Origin: Acanthaster planci
Taxonomy: Eukaryota
Direction: 5' to 3'
Length of the DNA stretch: 64,000 bases
Assembly: GCF_001949145.1 (NCBI RefSeq)
Contig: NW_019091357.1
Coordinates: 4,240,228-4,304,227, forward strand
A program made the position numbers and the translations under genes. How positions within the stretch are numbered: the stretch's first letter is position 1; each line of letters begins with the position of its first letter. The notes beneath the pieces are model-generated. The model was given only the letters and a program-made list of their open reading frames with translations. It ran no database searches and was not told where the DNA came from. Of the stretch, positions 1 to 12,925 are shown one piece after another.

Positions 1-3000
1 GATGCGACTGAGTGGGGGCTAGACTCTGAATGGGCCCAATGCTCAGAAGGTTGAGTGGGTCCCTCTAGCGCGCAATCTAAATAGTACTTATGGTTGCCTA
101 AAACAAATTCTCAAAAAGTTTTGAATCGAATGTAAACAACGTCCAGTCAATAGAAAAAGGCCTACACTGGGCGTTAAGTTTGTAACAGCAAAACGCATAC
201 CGTATTCTTCAAATTCTTATAATTTGCTATTAAATACCGACTAGTTTGTATACTTGCGTTTTCAGCGTCTTAAACGGACCAATGACCAACAGAAGACTTA
301 ATCATTACATGTAAATTTTGCCAAACGGGGACAATTGAAAAACTTGTTTTCCAGTGTCCAAAAATATTGTCGCTTTTAAAGATACGGATCCTATGGCTAC
401 ACTTCCTAAAATGCTCCTCTCACATTAAAATTCGCCAAAACTACTTTGCAAGGTCATTGAATACGATGGGGGTTAATTGGCCTTAGCGTTATAGCCAGTT
501 GGAAGCAGGTGGGGCCCAATGCGGCACCAGCCTGCCGACCGATCTGCGAGGGTCGTGACCGAAGGTCAAGACAATTAGGGTCCCCACAGGACATCTGGCC
601 CGAGTCCCACAAATTTAAAACAAGGATAACCACGGGTCGAAATGGAAGGTACAAAGATTTACTGGTGTTCCGCACGCAACCCTGGCTCGGAAATCTCGAG
701 ACACCGCATAAAATTTTAAGGAACAGGAGTTTATTTCAAGAGAGGGCGGTTCTGTTTATTTTTTAATGATCCTCCCTTGTTAATACTTAATAAATTTGTA
801 TCAACTGAAGTTAAAAACCATGGGAAACCAAACAATAAACTGTTGCATTCTTCAATAAACTCAAGGCCTAAAGTTTCAAAGTTTACGAAGAAATGCATAA
901 TTGTTGACTGCTGGCTATGAATTTAAATTGCAACCAGCCTGAGCATTGCACTCCATGTGTCTGCCTCTCGTATCTTCATTTCACATTTCTCGGAACAGTT
1001 TATCGAAAACTGTGCTCCTGAAAACTGTGCACAACACGTAGTCTATAGTTCAATTGGACAAACGAGAGCAGTGTGCATGTGCGGTATAGAACAGAGCCGC
1101 TCCAAACTCACTAGGCAAGGTATGTGGACTTTCCAGAGGGTCGAGGAGCGATGACTCTACCAGCGTGTTTACTTTACCTTGATAAGTTTTCGTGTAGACG
1201 ACAAAGTGTAGTGAACATCTGTGCGTGGTGGTGAAGGCACCCGCTGCCCTCAATACCGCACAGCCTACAGGAACCGTTATCGATTCCATTTCTAAAAGAA
1301 TGTATCGCCAGAATGTGCCCTCTCGGTTTCAATAACAGACTTTTATCTCTCTCTTTTCGCAGTCCACAATGGCATGAACCAAATCATTAATTTTCTTCGG
1401 ATGGTCTGAAAACGTGCATGTCAGACAGGCATCGAGCACGCGACCTGCGTCGCGTCCCGTGGCAGTACCGTACATTCACTTGGGCGGTGGGCTAAATTTA
1501 GTTCCAGAAAGACACTATCTATCATTCCCAATTTATGTTTTTTATCGGTCTGTGGGTGTTGTTATTGGGTGCTTGAGTTGGAGATCGATACTATCGATAA
1601 GGGGAACAGGACATGATAGGCTCCAATAATCCCAAGCACCTGTCCGTGCCAAGCACCGCCCATGAACCCACATAGTAACGTTGCGACGGGTTCTAATTCC
1701 CTTATGCAGAGTTCATGGAGTCTTTATTTTCACCTATCGCGGTTTTTTTAAACTTCTTTTCAGGAAAAGCCAAATGAACTATCAGGATCAGAGTAACCAG
1801 TCAGCAAGCGTGATAACTTAGGAGAGAGCACTAATCGTGAAGTTCTAATGCTACAGACCACAAAAAAATACATTACAAATATATAAAAATGCACTTTACA
1901 AAATGTTTAGCCGACCTGTCAAGCCCGTTGCCGCAGTATTACAGTATTACATCCAAAATTAATATTCAAACTGACTCAGTCGGTATACTTTGACCACTTC
2001 TACAAGTGTGGGATTCAACTGCGCACTGGTAATATTGCCATTAAAAATTAATTACTCCTGTACAGTGCAGTTAGGTTTTAACAAAGTTTACGGTGGTCCT
2101 CTATAGTAAACGAATCGCGGAAACAAGTTTAGGACCTTTCGGGTTATCCCTTGTAGTTATCCCAATATGGAGGTGCACTAAAGTACAACTGCTTTCTGGT
2201 TCTGGGTAAAGAATGCAAGGTTGAAAAGAACCCCGTTTTTCTCATTCTGTCTATAATTGTTTCACGGTACCACAGGCCCTAAATGTGCAGCGAGTCGATG
2301 ATGAAGAGAGGTCACCTAGCGACCGGAAATCCTGTCTAAATTCGATGAGGGGATTTCACCTTTCCCACCTTGAGCCTGGCAGCTGCACCAATCAAGCGCC
2401 TAATGAGACCAAGGCTTCCTTTTCGGTTTGTGCGGTGGGAAAAACCAACAAGAGTTCGCTAAGCACTGTCTTGTCTCCACTCTTTCGTCCTAACACAAAA
2501 CAGCCTGCCGGGCAGTCATTATTGTCAGGCTCGTATCCTACTTGGTACCACCACAGGGATTCCTGGGGTTTCAGTTCGCTGCAACTGAAATGGCATGGGC
2601 TTTAATCCAGCCATTGTACGACTAGGGGACCGCGCAAAACATTTTTAATGATCGTGCGTCGTGGTTGCCAGTCCGGTGAGGCGGATCGTGCGCCTGGCAC
2701 GTGGCGGGCGAGCTGCCACGCGACGGGCCACCATTCACAGGCCGGCTTCAAAACAGGGAAGGGGGGCACCCCACGGAGTCCCAGCAGCTGATTGGCTGAG
2801 ATGATTTTAATGAGGATCCCAAAAATAGTTCCCATCGCTGGGCAACGACTACCCTTACAAATTTGCCAACACCGGTCTGGGTCGCGTTGTAGGTTGGGTT
2901 TGGTACTAAGTTATCACGTCTAAATGCACGGGCAGATGCGCCTGTAGAACGCATGCAACCATTCTGTTAAGTTGCATACTTTCCCATCATTTATTCAACC

Positions 3001-4469
3001 TGGAAATAAATAAACTAGCCAGAGGCGGCTTCCAATCAAAATGGTGGGAGTTTATCCGGGAGAACAATATGCTTAAAATCTTCGTGCGGCACAAAAATAT
3101 AAGATCTCTTATAAAATCGCTTTTCGCCCGATGGAACAAGAATGTCCTAGCTGAAATGTACAAAACAAAGACAGGGCTCAAAACGAATGGGAAAAAAATT
3201 CAATATTTCAAAAGACTCATATTCAGAAACACAACCATCTTGAAACCAGTAGCATACCCAACAGGTTTTCCCCTGGATTAGAAGCGCCAGTACTACTGAA
3301 AAGAAACAGCACCACTGTATGCACTATCTTTGTTTGGAGGTTTGGGGCTGTGGATTCTTTCACAGAGGAAAAAAGTGGACGGTCCTTACACCGCCCCAGA
3401 CCAAAACCTGGAAGAAACATAAACCTTAAAGCTATGATCGAATTTTAACCGCCAACCTGTAAGAAGCAATACCTACGACACATCATCTAATTTTACATTG
3501 ACTGAGCCGACTATTTCTTTTAACGACTCTGCACACTTCCAATTTAACAACGTTAGATTTGTATAGTGTGGTATGAACCGTTTTGTGGAGTACAAGTCTT
3601 AAGAAAGCATATGAGATTTTTTGGGGGGGGTGTATACTAACGCACAGCATTTGGAGACGTCGAATTTTCAAAGGGCTATCTTTTTATATAGACCATTTCC
3701 CTGTCAATGGGGTATTTGCAGAGCTAACACGTTCAAATGGAAGCTGTCTGTACGAATGCTTTTTCTCGTGCCGAAACTGTGATCGAGCCGGTGAACCAAA
3801 AATTTCTTTCCGGATCTGTACACACAAACTCGATCACAAATTCTTTAACATGAACAAACTGTAAGTGCAACTGGATCGCTGTCTTACGAGTGGCAGGTGT
3901 TCTGCAGTTCTCCAAGGTACTTGCAAGAGCCACGATGAAGCAAGGGAACGAGTGGGACAACCCCAAAGTTGCCGGATTCCCGGTAAATCCCCAATCCTCC
4001 CCGACGCTGATCGAAGACTGGAAAAAAAACAAATAACTGCACGGAATTTTGTTGGGCACCAAGACAATCTGGCTGATTCTGAACCTGACGACGACAACAG
4101 TAAAAAGATCAGAGGTTAACAAGCCGCCGGGCCCTATAAATACACCAAGATCCTTGTTGACACTTGGTCGAGTCAATCGGAAAGGAGTATCCAAAAAGTA
4201 CCCGGAAAAGTTCCTACTTTTTTTTAACTAAACCATATTCTTTCTTTGTGGTCTTCTTATATCAGAACAGAGCACCTGTTGCAATTTAACAACATCATCT
4301 GAACTTTAAACTTCGGAAATGTGCATTTTGTGCAGACTTTGCACCATGTCGAAGCAGAAGATTATGAACAATGTACGTTCGGATTCTGATGACGTCCCAA
4401 TCTGTGCAGCATCGCCCACGATTTCTCAGACCCCTGCTGTCGCAAAACTTCAGTGAATAGGGCCCAATA

Positions 4470-4663
4470 CACTGTAAAAAAAAAAAGTTGGGCAAAACAG
4501 TGTTGGGCATTTCTAATTTGCCCAACCTTGGTTAAAGCTACATCACTGTTGGTCAAATATTGACCAGATATTGGGAAGAATGTGCCCAAAGGTTGCTAAG
4601 TTGATATTTTTTACCAACATTGGGCAAAATACCAACCCAAAATTGACCAACCTTTTTACAGTG
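4470..4663. mobile_element. Non-autonomous DNA transposon (MITE), CACTG-ended, EnSpm/CACTA-like
   Basis: Perfect terminal inverted repeat CACTGTAAAAA (4470) / TTTTTACAGTG (ends 4663). Interior is built from repeated TTGGGCA/TTGGTCA/CCCAAC motifs in both orientations. Flanks TA / TG (imperfect 2-bp TSD). Superfamily assignment is inferred from the termini. Confidence 0.75.
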
Positions 4664-7600
4664 TGTCTTTATCAGAATCCATACATAACGTAGTAACGTA
4701 AGGCCTATTATAAACAACTCATTCGAAACTAGTACAACACTTCCTTGTGGCAAATTGTGTTTTGAACGCAAAGTGGGGAAATACACATCACATGCAGCAA
4801 TTTTGTTCCCTTTTGATGGCAATACAACGGCTCTCAACAATCAAGGCATGGCACTTGGGCAGCCACAGTGACATCATCGTTTGAATCACACTTGCAAAGA
4901 AACTAGAGTAAACGAACTTCCTTTGGTTTTGAAGGTATGTTGCTAGCCAACAACATGATTAGGTTCAAGGGTTTCGTGGCGCATTCTGTCAAGAAATCAA
5001 TTACTCGAAAGGTAATGAAAGTGAACCAATGGACTAGAAAAAAAACAGAAACTACGGTTTATGGATGACAGAGCCTTTCCCCGGAAATGCTGTTGAAATA
5101 GATTGCATGTCACCATGGCAACTGACCTAATAACAATCATGACAAGCAAGCCGTGGTGATGAATTGGGTGCACGCAGACCCTGAAAACTATTTTCATTAC
5201 AGAATTATTCCCTGCTGGACTTACATGGAAACGGCGATGTTCCCCGTGAAAATATGAATTCAGAAGGGTCGTTTACGACCATGACATCTAATATTTTGAA
5301 TTTCCTTCGCACGGACGGGGCGAATTCCTAGAGCTGCTCACTATCGGCATTTTGCAAAACGTGACCGAAGTCTTACCACTGCAGAAATAAGTTGCTAATT
5401 ATACATCCAACAGTTTGATAAAAATGCCCAGTTGTGTCATTTACGGAAAACTATTTGAAGTTATCAACTTCTTGGTCTATTCGGATAAACCGTGGCTAGC
5501 TGTGGCAAGAATTATCCCAAACGGACAGGCAAGTGCGATTTTGCAACTACGGAGGTCATTTTCAACTTCACTGAAACCGAGAAACGGATCACAGCGCGAA
5601 CACAACACCAATTCTGCAAGAAGTGCATGTTTAATTTTTTCAGAGTTATAGAGTGCTTCTTCACAGAAGGTAAATAACTCAATCATATTGATCCATACGC
5701 AGAACTCGTTCTTACTATAGGCCTACCTGTATTTAACGCTGACAAAAACCGGAACTGAAAGGGGATAGGATGTACAGTTCCCTCTTGGTTCACAGACTAG
5801 CAACTCACGCACACACATTAAGTTCTTTAGAACAACTAAACTCAAATATAATTCGTGATTTGATTTCTACGTACATGTACATGGTACACGTTTACATTAC
5901 CTTTGATTTCATTTTGCTACATATGGTGAAGAACTTTATATATAAGATATTTATGAGAAGCCATCTGAATGATTTGTATTATTGTACAAGTTTAAATGAG
6001 TGCTTTTTGGGTAGGACTACCTCACGTAAGGAGTTGTACAAGATTGGCACAGGGTGTTCTATGTTACACCACAAAAACCACGAAAAAACCTGAAATCATC
6101 AACAAATGCGGTTACACATCATTCCGCAAATTTAAAATGACGTACAACGTGCATCTCCAGCACGGTCGAGCGTAATATGAAAAATAGACGCATAAGGTCA
6201 TTCTGATATGGTGCCGCGAACGACTGATAATGAGGGTTCAAGTAGCCTACGGGCAAGAGAAAGACGTCTATGTACAAACTTCTGCTACCCATACCTGAAC
6301 CATCCCACGTTCTTGATTATTATTAACGTTTAAAATTGGCCAACAGCCTTGGATGGAGAAAATGGCTTGGACCTCGTAGGAGGAAGCAACATTTATAAAG
6401 TTCTGTGAGCAGAAAGGTTGTTGTTATTGACTCTTCCGACCAACAGCGATAGTCTTTCTGGAAGGTCGATTATTCGAGGAAACATCAATGTGGAGAAAAG
6501 GTCCACCTAGCCGTGAGGAGATCGGTTCGCTGAATTAAAACTCGCCGCGGGCGCGATTGGCCATAATAATCAAAGTGGTCAAGGGCTCCGAGGTGAGGTT
6601 ACCTGCCCTTCCAGAAGTGTGTGTGTGTGGGGGGGGGGGACTTGAGACAAGGGGTGACTGTTGGGTCATGTTCTAGTTCAGTTTACGCTATCATGAATAG
6701 ATGATTGTCGTCTGATGTACAGATCGCGTACCGATGAAGTATAACCTTGGTAGAAAGAGGGGCATTATGCGTACAATAGGATTTAGAGGAAGGGACACAA
6801 CCTACGAGACTATGCGGGGATAATTAAAAGCTAAAACTAAAAAAAAAACACTTTAAACTGCTAAAGAAGTACACATATTCTTCGTGATTTCTGAATACTC
6901 TTACACTACACATTTCTGAAAATGTTATAGATCACAGATAAACACTCATAAATTTTCCCAAAAATTGCAGCAGCTTCAAGACGTCCCTACCAGCAAATTC
7001 CAAAAAAATGCACCAAGCCTGTAAGGCCGAATCATTTCTAAACGCCTGTGAGATTTCCAAGGCTTGCATCCATGACTCCCACGTGCTCTCGCAACACTTC
7101 TCGCAGTGGCTATCACAGGCGCTCTCCCCTCGCCCTTTTCGCTTTGGCACCCGGTCGCATCAACGAAAGCAGCTACAGTGCACACACACATCCCTGAGCA
7201 AACATCATTCAAACCAACTCTAATTCTCCTGAAAAAAGTGTCCCCTTTGCACACCACTTCAACAACGCCCCCATCATCACCACCACCACCACCACAAAAA
7301 AAAAAAAAAAAAAACAAGATCCGGTATGAAATAATGGCAACTGCGAGACTGAGGGGGATATTTTGCGGATGTTGAGGCAGGTGAGGCTATTCAGCCCCGG
7401 GGAAGTGTCGGCGGTGAGACTATAACTCACCTATAGAGAATAAAAGCCCCATTTTTTTAAATACGAAAGGTGCACCATTACTGCTCGACATTTTAGTATG
7501 GTTTCACCCGGCTATAACGACAATGAACAGAACACATTCAACTTTGGCATATCACTAATTAACGTCGGAAAAGAGAAAACCCTCTCCAGTGGCATAAACT

Positions 7601-10600
7601 TCCGTGCAGTTATTGTCACGCGGGGAAAAAACTACTCACGCCTACGCCGGTCTCATCACACTGCTGTCTATATACGCGTTGAGCTATTAATTGGGGGCGA
7701 CCTTGTGGTGTGTCCCGTTTTTAACGCACTGGCGTCTTCCAAGTCGCCCCCAGATTAAAAAGGGTTCGTCAAAATCAACCTTACACTGAGGCTAATCACT
7801 GAAAGCACAAGCTCTTTTGCTTCAACAAAATTACTGAAACGGGCAAACGACGGCGTATATTTTAATGAGGACTAGTCATCACGACACAGAATACTGATGA
7901 TTAAAACAACATAGCAGCAAACTGCCCCAGAAACATTCATTTATTTGCATGTTAATACAAGCAGTCTAATGAAAAACATGTCAGGCCTTGGATTAGAGCA
8001 GTAACGGACAATCTTCCCGAAGAAACTTGGCACGGATAAATCGAACAGACGGGGCTTTTGTACGTGGACATTAAAAACATCTAATATAAACGTGTCTAAA
8101 ATGTAAGAGAAATGCCAACAAACGGTTCAAGGGGGCGGATAGGCTATCGTCTGCATCTTCGGTTTTTTACCGTTTTCATGACCGTGGCGTCTCTGGACTA
8201 ATTTTGCTGCCTGGTACCAGAGAGAGGATAAAACGGGGATGACTTGGCACACTTATTGATGAGTATTGATTCTTCCATAAATACATATCCGTAACTACTC
8301 CGCAAACGGTGTGTATACAAGTTCTAAAATTACTTTGAAGACGTCACCCTAGGGTGTATGCCTTTATGAAATCTGTTCACAAAATACCGAACCAAACCTC
8401 TGAACAGAATTATTGAATGGCTAAGGGAACAGCGCCTCGCAGTTCCAAATACGCAAAACAAAATATCTATAAATGCAAATGGCAAAGGTCTAACGTAGAC
8501 GCACACAATTAGTTTAGTTTCTGAACTGATTCCGAAGGGAGACTCGATAAAAATAGCCAAATCCAACCCAGGTAGTTATTCAAGTGTGACGAACATGGCC
8601 CAGGAACACGCGTGCCACGCGTAACCATCAAAGCGTGCAATGGAACTTATCCTTGAATGAACTGAGCCTAAAATCAATACTTCCCAAAGAGCTCCATTGA
8701 ATGAAAAGAGAAAAGTTCAGCCGGTAAACCCTCCCGCAAAAGGTAAACAAAAGTTGGCAAATAAAACCGAACAGGTGTTCCCCAGGTGCCCGAACAATGG
8801 AGCCCAGTCGTCACGTGACACACAGCTGTCCGCCATAAGAAACTTATTAGGATTGGCCCACAACTATTGTGATAATTGGTGGCCCTGTGGCTCTGTTGGG
8901 TTATTAGTATTTTGCGCTGCAATACACCCAGAAATGTCAAAGGTGCAAACTCCAAACTGAAAAAAAAAATCGACTTGAAATAAACTTTCGTAGGGCCTAA
9001 AATCGCAAAAGTGCGCTTCTAAGAATAGCCCAACGTTTATTAATATTACAGGGGTCGTTTTTCTTTTCTCAAAGGACAGGTTTGACGTCATTTTGTCATA
9101 CATTTTGTGGGCAAATAATTCACGAATTCCTTTTCTTATTTATACACGACGATGAAATACTACGGCCTTCCACGTGCACAAAACCAGTTTTGTTGCTATA
9201 AGCTGAGTGACGCTAACAACTACGAAATACGATGACAGCTAGATACAAATATTTCGCTATTGGGTGTTTTAAATGACGTATAGATAGGCCTACAGACACA
9301 GGTGCCGAGAGGAAACCTTTCAAACCTCATAGGATTACACGCCATGTTTTCTTGCTTGAATTCGAATGGCTCACTTGACCTTGGATTGCCATTTTTCCAT
9401 GTGTATACGGCATTAGTGCTTCTTCATCACTAATATTTCTCTGCTCTTCACAATACGTTTTTCTGTTGACTGTACCACTGCTGACATAGAGTCTGCAGAA
9501 TCTGCGTAGGACTACCCACAAATTTTAAATACCAGCCCAGAAGTGCTCCTTGACCCGTATACCTTCACCCCTTCCCACTAAATTAGATCGGGTTACTAAA
9601 AGGCAACATGTAGGCCCACTGGAGGTGAAAGATCCGACAATACTGGAGGGACAGGACTGGGTATCTCCAAGAACAGAACAGGTCAGTGTTTTGGGGTGCT
9701 CGTAGCCTGTTGGGATGCCTATTTCCTGTTTTCATCTCGAGCTTGATGCTTATGTATGTGTTTAATATATAGGCTAAAGTAATGTATATATTTGCACTTT
9801 TCGCTTTCACAATACTGTTTCTTCTCGAGCCCTGTGGAATGATACCAAACGGTATTCCCAAGGACCATTCCAGGAATCATATTCTTTGTTTAATACATCT
9901 TAATTTCTTGTCCGCACTGAAAGCATGCTCTTCTTGCCAAAGTATTACGATACTGACTACAACTCACTCTCTGCACAGTGTACATGTACCCACCCCGACG
10001 TAGTTTTGTTCAATCCCTTCTTTAGCATTTCAATAACTTTATCATGCAGTTCAGCTTCTTCTTATGTGGACAGCATTCCACGGTTTCTCAATGTTTCGAG
10101 TACCATAAACTATTATTCCACTACACAGCTCGCCATCATTCATGCACCATGCGTTCCACTTACATGTACATACGGTATGGATAACTCCCATTTGCCTGTA
10201 CTCAAATCTGCAACGTTATCTACAGATCAACTTATAATATTACCGATGTTGGCGCTGCTACCGAACGGTCACAGTTAATCGATGTGTCTTGCAAATGCTC
10301 ACGTCTTTGCTTTTTTCTTCACGGCGAAGCGTTTTCCACGCTCCGTCTGTTGCCGGTATAACATCTCCGTTGAAAACCAAAGCCGTGCACGGCGTGAATG
10401 ACACACTAATTGCAATTTTCGATCACAAACGCACAATTTCTATGCCATTCAACTCCGCGAAGGTCACAGTAATTTGTGTATTACGGGAATATAATCAAAC
10501 ACAGCATGCTGTGCCCAGGTTCCGACAAATTGAGATTTTTAAGGAGGGAATTCGGCGGTCAGTGTCGGACTATTTTCCAAAGTATTGATTTTTTTTTCCA

Positions 10601-11300
10601 ACAAGGACCGTGTTGTACAGTAAATCACATTTTGGGGGAGGGATGGAGTACTCAATCATTTTTAACATCTAGACGAATGCCATTATTACCTACGCTTCTA
10701 TAACGGTGCAAGTCTGCAACAAACTGTTTTCGAATCACACTCGATCACTAACCTAAAATCACAACACAGAACTGACCGACTGGACCGAACATAAAGAAGA
10801 TGCTTACACCTTCGTAAAAAGCGAAGGGTTAGAGCCTGAACAATAAGAACCCTCACGGGTACAAAAGAATGAAACCAAGTTGGCGAAAGGCACCGGTGCG
10901 GTGCCTTACGGGTAGACGGCACAGAGCAACCAAAAAAAAAACCCAACATGCTATACTTCCGCCGTACATCCACGACAACGGTTATAACACGAAATTCCCC
11001 AAGAATACAAGCCACACTGTCAAAGGTTGTGTCTCAAGATTTTGAATTTTGGCCCGGAGGTGCGATCAGCTTCGAGAGAAGGGGAAAAATATGAATCAAT
11101 ACATTCCGGCCTAAACCCTCTTGAATGGACGCGTGTCCGGCACGCGAGCTCCTTTGAAGTCCGTCCATTCTTATTCGAATCGGGGTTATTGAAGGGGGAA
11201 AAGCCCCTGCGGCGCCCATGGCGGCCCCGTCTTGGAAACCCCAACAACAAGCTGACATAAAAGGAGTATAGAGGGAACAGAAGAGATCCCACAAAACCTA

Positions 11301-11546
11301 CCCAGAAAAAGAGGGGTTTAATATTAGCCCAGGCTCGTCCATTCAGGGGTGAGCTGAAGTTCTGTGGTATTGGGTTTTTTTTTTCTTTTCTGTTCTTTTT
11401 CCTTTGGGGTTTATTTGACGGGAACATTTTAGAGTTTACGAGGGTCTGTTTTTTCACCCCTCTTAAAGAGTCGTTTCGTTACAATGGCGGAACCAACGGG
11501 GCTTTTTTAAAGGAAGGCAAACCAAACAGCATTAAAACCTTGCTGG
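11301..11546. mobile_element. Degenerate MITE with CC(C)AG termini
   Basis: Left TA|CCCAGAAAAAGAGGGGTTTAAT versus right ATTAAAACCTTGCTGG|TA (reverse complement CCAGCAAGGTTTTAAT). The TIR is imperfect and both flanks are TA. Confidence 0.3.
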
Positions 11547-12408
11547 TAGTTTTTCACAAAGAGCCCTCTCTTGGATTGGAGTCTAACAGATCCCCGGTCA
11601 CAGGGCACCCGGTGATCTGCATCACCCCATTTGCTTAAGTTGCATCTTTGAAAGCCGGGCACAGAATACTTGCCATCAATTTACAGGTGTTAAAAAATCA
11701 CAGATTTTGTAAATCTACAGAAAGAGAATAAAACCACTGTAACGGGGAAGTAGAATTCACAAGCACAGATATCCAGTGTAACAATTACAAACAGGGACAG
11801 GCCCAAATAACTTCGTCTGTTTCTTTTTTTGTGTCGTGAAAAATCATGAAGCCAATCTCGTCATTCGACACAGTGACCACTAACATCCGCAAAAGCCTGC
11901 ATGTATGAGTTATGATCTCGTTTGTGCAGCAAAACTATGACGAAAGACACGAGGTAAATTCCCATATTGAGCATCTGCCCCACCCCACCCCATATTACAA
12001 AAGGTCACAAACAGCACTAACAATAGCCAAGATGACCCTTAACCTCATGCTATCATACTGGTTACAGCTTTAAGTGACATAAAGTCACAGATAAAAGCGA
12101 TCTTTCTCGGTCAAGTACAAGCATAAATTTGTTTGATTGAGTATAGGTATAAAATTTGATATGCGATGCTATTGAAAATTATACATGAGTTTATGTACAA
12201 CTGAAAACATGGGAGACGGGGAAAGATGCACAGGTTTCTTTTATTTTTTTTCTTTCAATAAATATGGCACGTTTGCAACTTGGAAAGTAAAAATAATTTG
12301 TCATATGAAACCTGTAAACCTGCCACCAAAAATAAAAATCGGGCGAGAGTGACTAAAAGACAAAGTGAAAATAAAGCTTGACTGTTTACAGTCAAATGTG
12401 TCACTTAA

Positions 12409-12925
12409 AGAAACAATTTGTTTTCATGCGTGGTACCATGCATCACGACAATGTGAACAAAATCTAAATACTTGTTTTCTTTCGAAAGAAAAAGGTGGTA
12501 GTTTTCAATTCCTAGAATATATTTTCCTCAACGTACCGTATGTCCGAGGGCGCTTTTCGGATGCCGTACACTGCACTCCTTTTCAAAACAGCGTGAAAAC
12601 AATATAAAAATCAATCCTGCAAGATCGTCCATAGGGATTTGGAAACTACCAAGCCAATATTGTCCAAACAAGCTGATGAACATGAAAACCGAGTATAAAG
12701 AGGGGCCTACTCCAAAAAAATGTAGGGCAGTGAGTTGTACACAAAGCTATGGAGCAACTCCTGCTCTTTCTTGAATGGTATCACCCTTTGGCTCATTAAT
12801 ATGGAGATTTTCATCAGCATTAGTTGGAATTTCTCACTTTTACGGCTACAAACTAGTCTGACAGTCATTGTAACATGCAATAGCTAAATGTATTCAAGTC
12901 ATAAAAATCTTATTGCGTGGTTCCT
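12409..12925. mobile_element. Possible Kolobok-type non-autonomous element
   Basis: TTAA|AGAAACAA at the left and TGGTTCCT|TTAA at the right (reverse complement AGGAACCA). TTAA TSD plus AG..CT ends fit Kolobok, but the TIR match is short. Confidence 0.3.

Noticed and set aside
2602..2632. tRNA/SINE A-box-like start on the minus strand (GTCCCCTAGTCGTACAATGGCTGGATT)
   Set aside because: No B-box (GTTCRA) or cloverleaf follows.
10887..10907. GC-rich 9-bp hairpin AAGGCACCG-GTG-CGGTGCCTT (terminator or Helitron end?)
   Set aside because: No U-tract and no properly placed CTRR end; an isolated hairpin in eukaryotic DNA.
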